Shown: positions 39,844 to 49,680, counted from the stretch's first letter. The stretch is 64,000 nucleotides of DNA from an uncultured delta proteobacterium (GCA_963753975.1 CAVWEH010000005.1:480001-544000); one strand, 5' to 3'. A program made the numbers and translations. Notes: generated from the letters alone by a model not told the origin.

Positions 39844-40125
39844 CCCCAAGCAAGCTGTGGAGGTATTATACTCCTGCTTTATACGGGACAATTCGACCTG
39901 CAAGCTTCAGCAGTGACGTGACCCTTTAGGTTTTGCACTTTGTTTCTGAAACTTGGGTCTCACTACAATATAGCTCCACTTAGCTTCGCACGTGGGATAA
40001 TTCAACTTACAGATATTACTGCACTGCGTTTGTGGAGCACCTCTGTAAGGAGCCGAAAGCTATTTTCAAAGACACGACATCCCGTGATGGGATAATATCT
40101 GAGTTTCATTAGAATTGAAGTTTCA
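39844..40125 (+). repeat. Dispersed hairpin repeat family, locus 3 (units 39895-39959 and 40004-40105) plus a degenerate GCAAGC hairpin
   Basis: 39884-39968 matches 26484-26567; the second unit has AACT-TA-CAGATATTA...TAATATCTG-AGTT-TCA. Confidence 0.75.
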
Positions 40126-40160
40126 CAAATGAAAAGGGAGCTAAATGCTCAAACACTTTT

Positions 40161-40649
40161 ATGGCTAATCTTCAAATAACATTCAGACAACAAATCAAAC
40201 AAACTGACGTCGAGGCAATTGAAAAGATTGTGAGCTCCAGCGGTTTCTTTTCTTCCGCGGAAATCGATATTGCGTTAGAATTAGCTGAGGAAAAATTAGC
40301 GGAAGGCACTGCCAGTTCTTACCAGTTTTTATTTGCCGAAGTCGAAAATATTGTCTGCGGTTATAGCTGTTTCGGCTTAATACCGATGACTTCCGCAAGC
40401 TACGATCTTTATTGGATCGCCGTAAATGAAAATATACGTGGCCAAAGTATAGGGAAAAAACTGCTGTCTAAATCTGAGGAAATTATCTTTAGTTTAGGCG
40501 GCAAACGTATTTATGTGGAGACATCTTCCCGCAATCAATATCGTCCAACACACAATTTTTATGAAAGTTGTGGCTATCGTAAGGAAGCAATTTTAAAAGA
40601 TTTCTACTCCCCGGGCGACAGTAAAATTATTTATTCCAAAGAGCTCTAA
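40161..40649 (+). CDS. GNAT family N-acetyltransferase
   Basis: YDLYWIAV, RGQSIGKKLL, YVETSS, FYESCGY. Confidence 0.88.
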   Translation: MANLQITFRQQIKQTDVEAIEKIVSSSGFFSSAEIDIALELAEEKLAEGTASSYQFLFAEVENIVCGYSCFGLIPMTSASYDLYWIAVNENIRGQSIGKKLLSKSEEIIFSLGGKRIYVETSSRNQYRPTHNFYESCGYRKEAILKDFYSPGDSKIIYSKEL

Positions 40650-40752
40650 AACCATTTAGCCGTCATGTTAAACAGCTTGCATTTTCCCCAATAATTAGCT
40701 AGAGGACTGCCTGAATTATTATCGCGAATTAAATTCTGAGGAGGAATCTTTC

Positions 40753-41373
40753 ATGCGTTTGTTTCCCAAAACGGAGAATTTTTTCGAATATTTCGAAGAG
40801 CTGGCCGGGAAAATCGAGGAAGGCGGTAATCTTTTTCTGGAAATGGCTCAAACTCGTGATTATTCCGACGTGAGAGTTGCCAAGCTTAAGGAAATTGAGC
40901 ACGAAGCGGACGGCATTACCCATAAGACATACGAAAAAATGCATAAGACATTTCTCACGCCAATAGATCGTGAGGATATTTACGCGCTTGTTAATAAAAT
41001 GGATAGTATTATGGATGTTATTGAAGCCACTGCTATCCGCATTCATCTCTATAATGTTAAAAAACCGGCTGATGAAATCATCAAACAGGCACAAATCCTG
41101 AATGATGCGATAAAAAAAATCAAAAGCATTGTCCACGCAATGCGCAACATGAAGAACTCTGCAATGATCCTTAACCACTGCGTGGAAATTAATACCCTGG
41201 AAAACGCCGGCGATGTTGTTTTAAGAACTATAATGGCCAATCTTTTTGAAAACGAGAAAGATGCTATTGAGCTTATAAAATGGAAAGATATTTTTCAACT
41301 TCTGGAAGAAGCAATAGACGTATGCGAGGATGTTTCCAATATCGTAGAAGGGATTGTCCTGAAACATGCTTGA
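40753..41373 (+). CDS. DUF47/PhoU-like phosphate transport regulator
   Basis: IEHEAD, FLTPIDREDI, LENAGD, IKWKDI; upstream of PiT. Confidence 0.9.
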   Translation: MRLFPKTENFFEYFEELAGKIEEGGNLFLEMAQTRDYSDVRVAKLKEIEHEADGITHKTYEKMHKTFLTPIDREDIYALVNKMDSIMDVIEATAIRIHLYNVKKPADEIIKQAQILNDAIKKIKSIVHAMRNMKNSAMILNHCVEINTLENAGDVVLRTIMANLFENEKDAIELIKWKDIFQLLEEAIDVCEDVSNIVEGIVLKHA

Positions 41374-42367
41374 TTCTCTGGGTTTTGTTATATTTCTTGT
41401 TTTCATTGCCTTGGTTTTTGATTTTCTCAACGGGTTTCATGATTCCGCCAATTCCATATCCACCGTTGTTTCCACCCGTGTTCTTTCTCCGAAATTTGCC
41501 GTCCTTTGGGCGGCATTCTTTAACTTTATCGCCGCTTTCTTCATTGGAACGGAAGTTGCCAATACTGTCGGTCGCGGCATTATTCATACAGACATTGTGA
41601 ATAATTCATTAATTCTCGCAGCTTTGGGGGGAGCCATAATTTGGAACATCGCCACATGGTACTACGGACTCCCCAGCAGTTCCTCCCACGCCTTGATCGG
41701 CGGACTAATCGGAGCTGCAGTTGCCAAAGCTGGGACCAGCACATTGGTCTGGTCTGGTATCATCAAAACAACCGCCTTCATTGTTCTCTCACCAACTATC
41801 GGTTTGGTCTTAGGCTATATTTTTATGATTATTTCCCTAAACCTAAATCAAAACTCGAACATCGCTCGATCAGATAAGCTTTATCGAAAGCTACAGCTTA
41901 TTTCTTCGGCCATATACTCCACAGGACACGGTATGAACGATGCACAAAAAACCATGGGAATTATTGCTATGGCCCTTTATAGCAAGGGACTTTTGGGTGC
42001 TACCTTTTCTATTCCTTTTTGGATTATTATTGCGTGTTATAGTGTTATTGCCTTGGGAACAATGTTTGGCGGCTGGCGCATCGTTAAAACCATGGGTACC
42101 AAAATCACCAAACTCCGTCCCATCGGCGGGTTCAGCGCTGAAGCTGCTGCTGCCTGTTCCATTATTGGCGCCTCTATCGCCGGAATACCGGTCAGCACAA
42201 CACACACGATTACTGGTGCCATAGTTGGCGTCGGCGCCACCACAAGACTTACCGCCGTGCGCTGGGGTGTTGCCGGTAATATTATTTGGGCCTGGATTTT
42301 AACCATCCCTGTTACCGCATTAATTTCCGCTATTATTTATCTTGCTTTAAAACATTTTTCCAGTTAA
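41366..42367 (+). CDS. Inorganic phosphate transporter (PiT family)
   Basis: NGFHDSANSI, GLPSSSSHALIGG, HGMNDAQK, PVSTTH. Confidence 0.95.
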   Translation: MLDSLGFVIFLVFIALVFDFLNGFHDSANSISTVVSTRVLSPKFAVLWAAFFNFIAAFFIGTEVANTVGRGIIHTDIVNNSLILAALGGAIIWNIATWYYGLPSSSSHALIGGLIGAAVAKAGTSTLVWSGIIKTTAFIVLSPTIGLVLGYIFMIISLNLNQNSNIARSDKLYRKLQLISSAIYSTGHGMNDAQKTMGIIAMALYSKGLLGATFSIPFWIIIACYSVIALGTMFGGWRIVKTMGTKITKLRPIGGFSAEAAAACSIIGASIAGIPVSTTHTITGAIVGVGATTRLTAVRWGVAGNIIWAWILTIPVTALISAIIYLALKHFSS

Positions 42368-42401
42368 CATTCCATAAACCTTCACTAATTAAAGATTGAA
42401 T

Positions 42402-43889
42402 ATGAACATTTTAATGATTTATCCTCGCTATCCGGTTACTTTCTGGAGCTTTAAATATATTCTTAAGTATATATCCAAAAAAGCCGCTTTCCCGCCTCTC
42501 GGCTTACTTACCGTCGGAGCTATGCTGCCGAAAGAATGGAATCTGCGATTAGTCGATCTGAACATTCAAAAGCCCAAGCAAAAGGATTTAGAATGGGCGG
42601 ATTACGTGATGATCAGCGCGATGCTGGTGCAAAAAGATTCGGTCAGGGAAATCCTCGAAAATTGTAAAGAACTGAAGAAAAAGGTTATTGCCGGAGGTCC
42701 ACTGTTCACCGGCAAGCCGGAAACTTATGCCGATCTTGTCGACCATCTGATTCTAAATGAAGCAGAGTGTACACTACCTCAATTTTTGGCTGACCTGGAA
42801 AAGGGCATTCCCAAAAAACTTTACCGCTCCGATAGTTTTCCCCCTTTGCATATTACGCCACTACCGCGCTGGGATCTGGTAAAAATAAAACACTACGCTA
42901 CTTTGATGATCCAGTTTTCCCGTGGCTGTCCTTTTAACTGTGAGTTTTGCGATGTTACAACCTTATTCGGTCATAACCCGCGTACAAAAACTGAAAGGCA
43001 GTTCTTGCAAGAATTGCAAACCATTTACGATACAGGCTGGCGGGGAGCTCTATTTATTGTCGATGACAACTTCATCGGTAACAAAAAAGCTATTAAAGCA
43101 ATGCTGCCTCAGGTAATTGAATGGATGAAAGCCCGGAGATATCCTTTTGAGATGCTTACCGAAACATCCATTAATATCGCCGATGACGACGAGCTGATTC
43201 AACTTATGACGGAAGCCGGTTTTCAAAGCATATTCATCGGTCTGGAAACACCCAATGAAGAAAGCTTAAAGGAATGTTCCAAAAATCAAAACTGCGAACG
43301 TGATATGACCGCGGCTATTAAGAAATTGCAGGCCGCGGGACTGCAAGTTTTTGGCGGCTATATTGTTGGCTTCGATCATGATGATGAAAGTATTTTTGCG
43401 CGGCAGATTAAGTTTATCCAGGAAACAGGCGTCGTTACCGCTATGGTGGGCTTATTAAACGCTTTACCCAACACAAAATTATGGCACCGTCTAAAAAAAG
43501 AAAATCGCCTCGCGGACGTTTGTTCGGGAGACAATACCGATGGCTCTCTTAATTTTATTCCCCGCATGGACAAAGCGAAACTCATTGCGGGCTATAACAA
43601 AATCGTGAAGACCATTTACAGTCCTCGCCATTACTATCAACGCGTCAATGAATTTCTTAAAACCTACAAACCCCAACCATTTGCAAGAGCAAATAAATAT
43701 TCCTGGATACGTTTAAAAGCGTTAATGCGATCCGTTTTTTTTATCGGTATTTTAGGCAACGGCGTCTCGCAGTGGTACTATTGGAAACTTATGTTGAAAG
43801 CGCTAATTATTTACCGCAAGTCTTTTGCCGAAGCTATGACGCTCATGGTCTATGGTTACCACTTCCGTAAAATAGCCAAAAAATTATAA
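42402..43889 (+). CDS. B12-binding radical SAM protein (DUF4070-like C-terminus)
   Basis: PPLGLLT, IAGGP, SRGCPFNCEFC, VDDNF, IVGFDHD. Confidence 0.88.
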   Translation: MNILMIYPRYPVTFWSFKYILKYISKKAAFPPLGLLTVGAMLPKEWNLRLVDLNIQKPKQKDLEWADYVMISAMLVQKDSVREILENCKELKKKVIAGGPLFTGKPETYADLVDHLILNEAECTLPQFLADLEKGIPKKLYRSDSFPPLHITPLPRWDLVKIKHYATLMIQFSRGCPFNCEFCDVTTLFGHNPRTKTERQFLQELQTIYDTGWRGALFIVDDNFIGNKKAIKAMLPQVIEWMKARRYPFEMLTETSINIADDDELIQLMTEAGFQSIFIGLETPNEESLKECSKNQNCERDMTAAIKKLQAAGLQVFGGYIVGFDHDDESIFARQIKFIQETGVVTAMVGLLNALPNTKLWHRLKKENRLADVCSGDNTDGSLNFIPRMDKAKLIAGYNKIVKTIYSPRHYYQRVNEFLKTYKPQPFARANKYSWIRLKALMRSVFFIGILGNGVSQWYYWKLMLKALIIYRKSFAEAMTLMVYGYHFRKIAKKL

Positions 43890-43918
43890 TTTTTTAACAA
43901 ACAGGTGGATTCAATTAC

Positions 43919-45184
43919 ATGGCGGAAAAGCTGTTGCCTTTTACAAAAAAACAAGTCGAAAAAATCATCGAAAAATATCCCACGCCCTTTCACATTTATG
44001 ACGAGAAGGCTATTCGCCAAAACGCACGTGATTTTAAAAAAACTTTTTCCTGGAATGAAGGATTTAAAGAGTTTTTTGCTGTCAAGGCCACGCCTAATCC
44101 CTATTTGATGAAAATCATGCAAAAGGAAGGTTTTGGTGCCGATTGCAGCTCGCTTGCAGAATTGATTTTGGCCCAAAAAACGGGTATCACCGGTGAAGAA
44201 ATTATGTTTTCTTCCAATGATACGCCCGCGGTTGAATTCGTCAAGGCTCGGGAGTTAAACGCGACGATTAATTTGGATGATATTATCCACATTCCTTATT
44301 TGGAAAAATATGCCGGACTGCCGGAACTGATTTGCTTTCGCTATAATCCCGGTCCTCTAAAGAAGGGTAATATTATTATCGGCCATCCCGAAGAAGCTAA
44401 ATTTGGCTTTACCCGCGAGCAGCTCTTTGAAGGTTACAAAATATGTAAGGCAAAAGGAATTAAACGTTTTGGCATTCATACGATGGTTGCTTCCAACGAA
44501 TTGGATGCCGCTTATTTTGTGGAAACAGCGGAAATTTTGTTTCAGCTTGTTGCTGACATTTCCCGGCAATTAAAAATCTGTTTTGAGTTTGTAAATTTGG
44601 GTGGAGGCGTGGGAATTCCCTATCGCCCGGAACAGCAGCGTATCGATCTTGCCGCAATAAACCGTGGCGTCAAAGAAAAATATGAAAAAATTATTGTTGC
44701 CCATCGCCTCGCGCCGATTAAAATCTTTACAGAATGCGGCCGTTATATTACCGGTCCCTATGGTTATCTTGTTTCCCGTGTCCTGCATATTAAGGATACC
44801 TATAAGAAATTCGCCGGCCTGGACGCCAGTATGGCGAACTTAATGCGTCCGGCACTTTACGGCGCGTATCATCATATCACGGTCATGGGCAAAGAAAAAC
44901 AACCGCAAAATATTCTTTATGATGTTACAGGTTCGCTTTGTGAAAACAACGATAAATTTGCCATCGACCGTCCTCTACCCAAACTGGAAAACGGGGATAT
45001 TATCGTCATTCACGATGCCGGTGCGCACGGCTTTGCTATGGGCTCCAATTATAACGGGAAACTCCGGTCCGCAGAGTTACTTTTAAGAGAAAACGGCGAA
45101 GTCGTGCAAATTCGACGCGCTGAAACCATCAACGATTATCTTGCTACCTTAGACTTTGGCGGTTTAAATAACTTTGCAGTGTAA
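43919..45184 (+). CDS. lysA: Diaminopimelate decarboxylase
   Basis: YPTPFHIYDE, FAVKA, AKFG, NLGGG, ECGR, MRPALY, GSLCENND, SNYNG. Confidence 0.9.
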   Translation: MAEKLLPFTKKQVEKIIEKYPTPFHIYDEKAIRQNARDFKKTFSWNEGFKEFFAVKATPNPYLMKIMQKEGFGADCSSLAELILAQKTGITGEEIMFSSNDTPAVEFVKARELNATINLDDIIHIPYLEKYAGLPELICFRYNPGPLKKGNIIIGHPEEAKFGFTREQLFEGYKICKAKGIKRFGIHTMVASNELDAAYFVETAEILFQLVADISRQLKICFEFVNLGGGVGIPYRPEQQRIDLAAINRGVKEKYEKIIVAHRLAPIKIFTECGRYITGPYGYLVSRVLHIKDTYKKFAGLDASMANLMRPALYGAYHHITVMGKEKQPQNILYDVTGSLCENNDKFAIDRPLPKLENGDIIVIHDAGAHGFAMGSNYNGKLRSAELLLRENGEVVQIRRAETINDYLATLDFGGLNNFAV

Positions 45185-45203
45185 TATTAAGTTCAAAGTC
45201 GTT

Positions 45204-45666
45204 TCATGAAATGTTAGATTTTTTGCCGGATATTTTTTCAATTCTGATGTCAATAGCAAAAACCTTCTTCAGCATTTTTTCGTTATAAGAAAAAGAGCTT
45301 CTGCCGGCGTATTTTTCCATAAGTAAATCCAAAGCTTTCTTTTTTTCGTTGGATTTCTCGATAAAAAAACTTCGCCAAAACCGATTACAGATAAATATTT
45401 CATACTCCAAAAACAAGGTTCTTTACCTTTTATAATCTCTGCGCTCACATCCATCTCGAAACATACTCTGTTATTTTTCCGGAGAACATCGATTTTCTTT
45501 CCTTCCATAGCTGAATAAAAATAAAGATGCTTTTCGTGGAGGGCAAATTGACCGGAACAATATAAGAACTGTAGCCATCAACCAAAGCGATCCGACAGAT
45601 TTTTGCTCTTTGCATGATCGCAACGATTTCCTGATTTTCTTTGATCTCTTTTTCTGCTCCGCGCAT
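45204..45666 (-). CDS. Pyridoxamine 5'-phosphate oxidase/NimA-like flavin-binding protein, two homopolymer frameshifts (~45546, ~45366)
   Basis: Three overlapping ORFs join into MRGAEKEI...YIVPVNF/LYFHSAMEGKKID...VCFE...YLSVIGFG/IEKSNEKKKAL...IEKISGK. Confidence 0.8.
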
Positions 45667-45774
45667 ATTTCCTCCTTATAATGAAAATATTCACAAGAAA
45701 TCTTGCTATATTACCGCTGGTTATGATAAAAAAAGGATATAACTTTTTAAGTGCAACCTTAAAAAGGAGACTGC

Positions 45775-47112
45775 ATGAAGAAATTTAAAAAGTCGATAAT
45801 TTCTGATTTTCGTCTTGGTATTGCTCTTACGCTCGCCGCATTATTAGTCTTCTTTTTCTTTGGGGCACGCCTGGAAAGACTGGAATACGGCCTATATGAT
45901 ATAAGTGCCCGTCTTCGCGTAAAACCTTTTGTCGCACCAGTTTCAGTAATTGCTATTGATGAACAAAGTATTGCCAATTTTGGACGATGGCCCTGGCCGC
46001 GATCCTATATTGCCTTTATGATCGATCTTTTGGATTCTTATGAAGCTAAGGTAATTGGACTGGATATCATGTATTCGGAAAAGGATCTAAATCATGGTCT
46101 CCTGGAAGTACTTAACATCATCAGCACCATTGAAAACAATCCTCAATATTCCCAAAAAAACATGAGCACTATCGTTCTATTGGCGGCATTAAAAGATGCG
46201 GAAAAGCGTCTCGACAATGACTCTATTCTGTCCGATTCAATCGCTGTGAGCAAAAAGATTGTCCTGCCTTTGTTCTTCAATCTGGGAAGTCCTATCGACA
46301 AGTCTTCTACCAGTGGACCTGATTACATCGAAAATAATTCGCTTCCTTCCGGGTTTTTTCTTAACGGCATAACTTCCCGTGAAATGGTTACACCAATTAA
46401 TCTCTTTGCCAAAGACGCGCTGGGATTGGGGCACATTAACATCATCCCCGATAGAGACGGTATCATCCGCAGTGAACCTCCGTTCATCAATTTTAAAGAC
46501 AGGCTTTTCCCTTCCTTTGCGCTACAACTTACGTTAAAGTATCTGGATTTGAATTTGAAAGATTTGCAATTGGGCAAGCAATTGAAATTTGACAGCAAAA
46601 TAATCCCTATATATGACAACAATAAGATGCTCATCGACTTTACGCGCGGGGTTCCTTACTATTCGTTTTTCGACGTCATCAATAAAAAGATTCCTCCTGA
46701 AGCATTTAAGGATAAGATTGTAATTATTGCGCCAAGTACCGCCGGATTAGGAGTAATGCATACTACACCTATAGCTTTCAATGTTCCACAGGCAAAAATC
46801 GTCGCTAACGCCATTGACAACATGATCAACAACGATCATATTTTGCGGCCAACATGGGCATTGTGTCTTGAATTATTGATGATTTTCTTCTTCGGCCTTT
46901 ACATCGCCTTAATTATACCGCAACTAAAAGTGTCTATTGGCGTCATTATATCTTTAGCGCTTCTAGTATTGTGGCTGACAACCGGCGTTTATCTCTTTAT
47001 GGTTCACGGCTATTGGATAAAATCCATTTACCCCGCTCTTTTGCTGATAGTCGGCCATATTGCCGTGATATCCAAAAGATATCTACTTGCCAACATTAAA
47101 AGAGCACATTGA
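45775..47112 (+). CDS. CHASE2-domain membrane sensor with no output domain (may extend to 47173 via a frameshift at ~47100)
   Basis: IAIDEQSI, GRWPWPRS, GHINIIPDRDGIIR, FKDKIVII, three C-terminal TM helices. Confidence 0.88.
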   Translation: MKKFKKSIISDFRLGIALTLAALLVFFFFGARLERLEYGLYDISARLRVKPFVAPVSVIAIDEQSIANFGRWPWPRSYIAFMIDLLDSYEAKVIGLDIMYSEKDLNHGLLEVLNIISTIENNPQYSQKNMSTIVLLAALKDAEKRLDNDSILSDSIAVSKKIVLPLFFNLGSPIDKSSTSGPDYIENNSLPSGFFLNGITSREMVTPINLFAKDALGLGHINIIPDRDGIIRSEPPFINFKDRLFPSFALQLTLKYLDLNLKDLQLGKQLKFDSKIIPIYDNNKMLIDFTRGVPYYSFFDVINKKIPPEAFKDKIVIIAPSTAGLGVMHTTPIAFNVPQAKIVANAIDNMINNDHILRPTWALCLELLMIFFFGLYIALIIPQLKVSIGVIISLALLVLWLTTGVYLFMVHGYWIKSIYPALLLIVGHIAVISKRYLLANIKRAH

Positions 47113-47230
47113 TGCGGACAGTGTTGAATTTAACGAAATACCGAAACAAGATAGCAAACAGGTAAAAAATTAACGGATGCTTTAATAGCCTCCTTAAATT
47201 AAATTTACTTCAAAGAAGGTGACTGGCTGG

Positions 47231-48040
47231 ATGAGATTGCATAAATTGAATTTAACCGCCGCCGGCAGAACCGATCAAGGACTGGTTCGTTCAAATAACG
47301 AAGATAATTACTATGTGGACATTAAAGCCGGACTTCTGATTGTAGCTGATGGAATGGGCGGTCATTCTGCGGGAGAAATAGCCAGTAAAATAGCCGTTAA
47401 TGTCATTAGCGATTATTTTCAACGAGAAAATAAGTTTACCGGCAATTATGATCACCCGTACAGTCCGGCAACAAATAAACTTAATTCCGCGTTGCGTTTG
47501 GCCAATTTAGCTGTCTTTGAAGCAGGGCAAAGTTCTCCTCAATTGAAGGGGATGGGAACGACTATTGCCGCAACGCTAATGATCGGCAACAAACTCAGCA
47601 TCGCCCATATTGGTGACAGCCGCGTTTATTTAATCAGATCGAACAATATCGAACAGTTGACCGATGACCATTCGATCGTCAATGAACAATTTAGACGTGA
47701 TATAATCACTAAAGAAGAAGCGGCAAACTCCAACATTAAAAATTTACTCACTAAAGCTCTGGGAATCAGCCCGGAAGCGGAAGCAGAATTAAATGAACTT
47801 ACCTTATTTGGTGATGATATACTACTTTTGTGTAGCGATGGTCTGAACACTATGCTAACTGATGAATCAATACTGAAAATAATATCTTTGGCGAAACGAC
47901 CCGGTGACGCCTGCGAACTTTTGATTGACGCAGCTAACGAAAAAGGCGGTAAAGATAATATTACTGTGATTGTAGGTTATATTAAAAAGAAAAAACGCTA
48001 TCCGGCATTTAATAAATTTACAGGATCTCTTAGGAGGTAA
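47231..48040 (+). CDS. PP2C/Stp1-family Ser/Thr phosphatase
   Basis: RSNNED, VADGMGGH, GMGTT, HIGDSR, CSDGL, GGKDNIT. Confidence 0.95.
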   Translation: MRLHKLNLTAAGRTDQGLVRSNNEDNYYVDIKAGLLIVADGMGGHSAGEIASKIAVNVISDYFQRENKFTGNYDHPYSPATNKLNSALRLANLAVFEAGQSSPQLKGMGTTIAATLMIGNKLSIAHIGDSRVYLIRSNNIEQLTDDHSIVNEQFRRDIITKEEAANSNIKNLLTKALGISPEAEAELNELTLFGDDILLLCSDGLNTMLTDESILKIISLAKRPGDACELLIDAANEKGGKDNITVIVGYIKKKKRYPAFNKFTGSLRR

Positions 48041-48043
48041 TGT

Positions 48044-48799
48044 ATGACAAGAATATTATTAAAATACAAAAAAAATGTAATTAAAGATATTATCATGGAG
48101 AAAAAATTGCTAACTATCGGCAGGAAATCGGACAATGATATTTTTATCGATAATCAGGCCGTCTCCGGACATCACGCTGTGATAAAAATTGAAGGCGATG
48201 GTCTGTTTATCGAAGATTTAAACAGCCTTAACGGCACATTCTTAGAAGGCGATGGTCTGTTTATCGAAGATTTAAACAGCCTTAACGGCACATTCTTAAA
48301 CGGCCAAAAGGTATCTAAAGGCCAACTTTACAATGGTGATGTCATTTTAATTGGCGTATATACATTAGAGGTTATTTCTGACAAAATAAGAGGAAAAGAT
48401 AAAAGGAGTTTTACTATTCGCGGTCACTCCATGGAAGAAACCGTCGTTATAGCTCCGGATGATAAAAAGAAGATATTGATCTCTGCCGATAAAAGCGTAC
48501 AAGATCCGCTGGGAGGATTCATCGTCATTGAAGGATCAACTGATAGTAAAGAGTACCAATTTAAAGATAGAGTCTCAGCAATCGGCAAACAAAATGGTTC
48601 GGCGATAAAACTTAAAGGTCTTTTTGCACCCAAAGTAGCCGCGTTGGTCAACCGCCGCAAAGAAGGTTATTTTATTACACCATCAAACAACAAGGAATTG
48701 AAAATAAACGGCAAAGAAATTGACCACCGCTATGATTTAAAAGACGGTGATATTGTGGAAGTGGCCAAGCTTAAATTACAATTTTATCTTAAAGAGTAA
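48044..48799 (+). CDS. Double FHA-domain protein
   Basis: TIGR...VSGHHA...DLNSLNGTF; second degenerate FHA ending LKDGDIVEV. Confidence 0.9.
   Translation: MTRILLKYKKNVIKDIIMEKKLLTIGRKSDNDIFIDNQAVSGHHAVIKIEGDGLFIEDLNSLNGTFLEGDGLFIEDLNSLNGTFLNGQKVSKGQLYNGDVILIGVYTLEVISDKIRGKDKRSFTIRGHSMEETVVIAPDDKKKILISADKSVQDPLGGFIVIEGSTDSKEYQFKDRVSAIGKQNGSAIKLKGLFAPKVAALVNRRKEGYFITPSNNKELKINGKEIDHRYDLKDGDIVEVAKLKLQFYLKE
48191..48298 (+). repeat. Exact 54-bp in-frame tandem duplication
   Basis: 48191-48244 equals 48245-48298 (EGDGLFIEDLNSLNGTFL x2). Confidence 0.95.
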
Positions 48800-48821
48800 A
48801 AGACCCTTTACAAGAGAATCC

Positions 48822-49628
48822 ATGAATACAATAGCAAATCGTCCCATAGGTGTCTTTGATTCGGGTATCGGCGGCCTGACCGTCGTTCGCGCCCTGATGG
48901 AATGCCTGCCTTTTGAAAATATTATTTACTTTGGCGATACTGCGCGCGTTCCTTATGGAATAAAGTCCGTTGAGACCATCAATCGCTACGCTGCGCAAAT
49001 CACCGAATTTCTCCTCAAGAAGGATGTGAAATTATTGATAGTTGCGTGCAATACAATGGCGGCAGTAGCCTATAAGACGATAAAAGAGCTTTCCCACGTT
49101 CCGGTTCTCGAAGTGATCAAGGCCAGCGCCAAAAGCGCCGTCCAGGATACCCGCACGAAATCCATCGGCGTCATCGGCACCCCGGCAACCATCAACAGCA
49201 ATGCTTATGCCCGCGCTATCAATCTCCTAGACAGAGACGCAAAGATTTTTTCGCAGGCTTGCCCGCTTTTCGTGCCGCTCGTCGAGGAGGGTTGGTTTGA
49301 TCATCCGGCAACGCGGCTCATTGCCCAGGAATACTTAAAGCCGGTGGTTGCCGAAAAAGTCGACACGTTGGTTCTGGGCTGCACTCATTATCCGCTTTTA
49401 AGATCTCTACTACAAGATATTGTGGGACGGAAAGTGAAGCTTATTGACTCGGCCCAAGCAATGGCTGACATTGCTTCAGCTTTAATCGATAAACAAAACA
49501 TTGCGAACAAAGATTCCCATAAGCCCGATTATCTTTTCTGCGTCAGCGATGTTCCTTACCGTTTTCAAACAATCGGTGAACGCTTTCTGGGGCGCACGCT
49601 CGGCCGGGTGGAATTGGTAAGACTTTAA
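48822..49628 (+). CDS. murI: Glutamate racemase
   Basis: IGVFDSGIGGLTV, VPYG, VACNT, LGCTHYP. Confidence 0.96.
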   Translation: MNTIANRPIGVFDSGIGGLTVVRALMECLPFENIIYFGDTARVPYGIKSVETINRYAAQITEFLLKKDVKLLIVACNTMAAVAYKTIKELSHVPVLEVIKASAKSAVQDTRTKSIGVIGTPATINSNAYARAINLLDRDAKIFSQACPLFVPLVEEGWFDHPATRLIAQEYLKPVVAEKVDTLVLGCTHYPLLRSLLQDIVGRKVKLIDSAQAMADIASALIDKQNIANKDSHKPDYLFCVSDVPYRFQTIGERFLGRTLGRVELVRL

Positions 49629-49680
49629 ATAACCTTTATTCCGCCTTTCGCTTTGTTCGAAATAAATTCAGGCGCGATTT

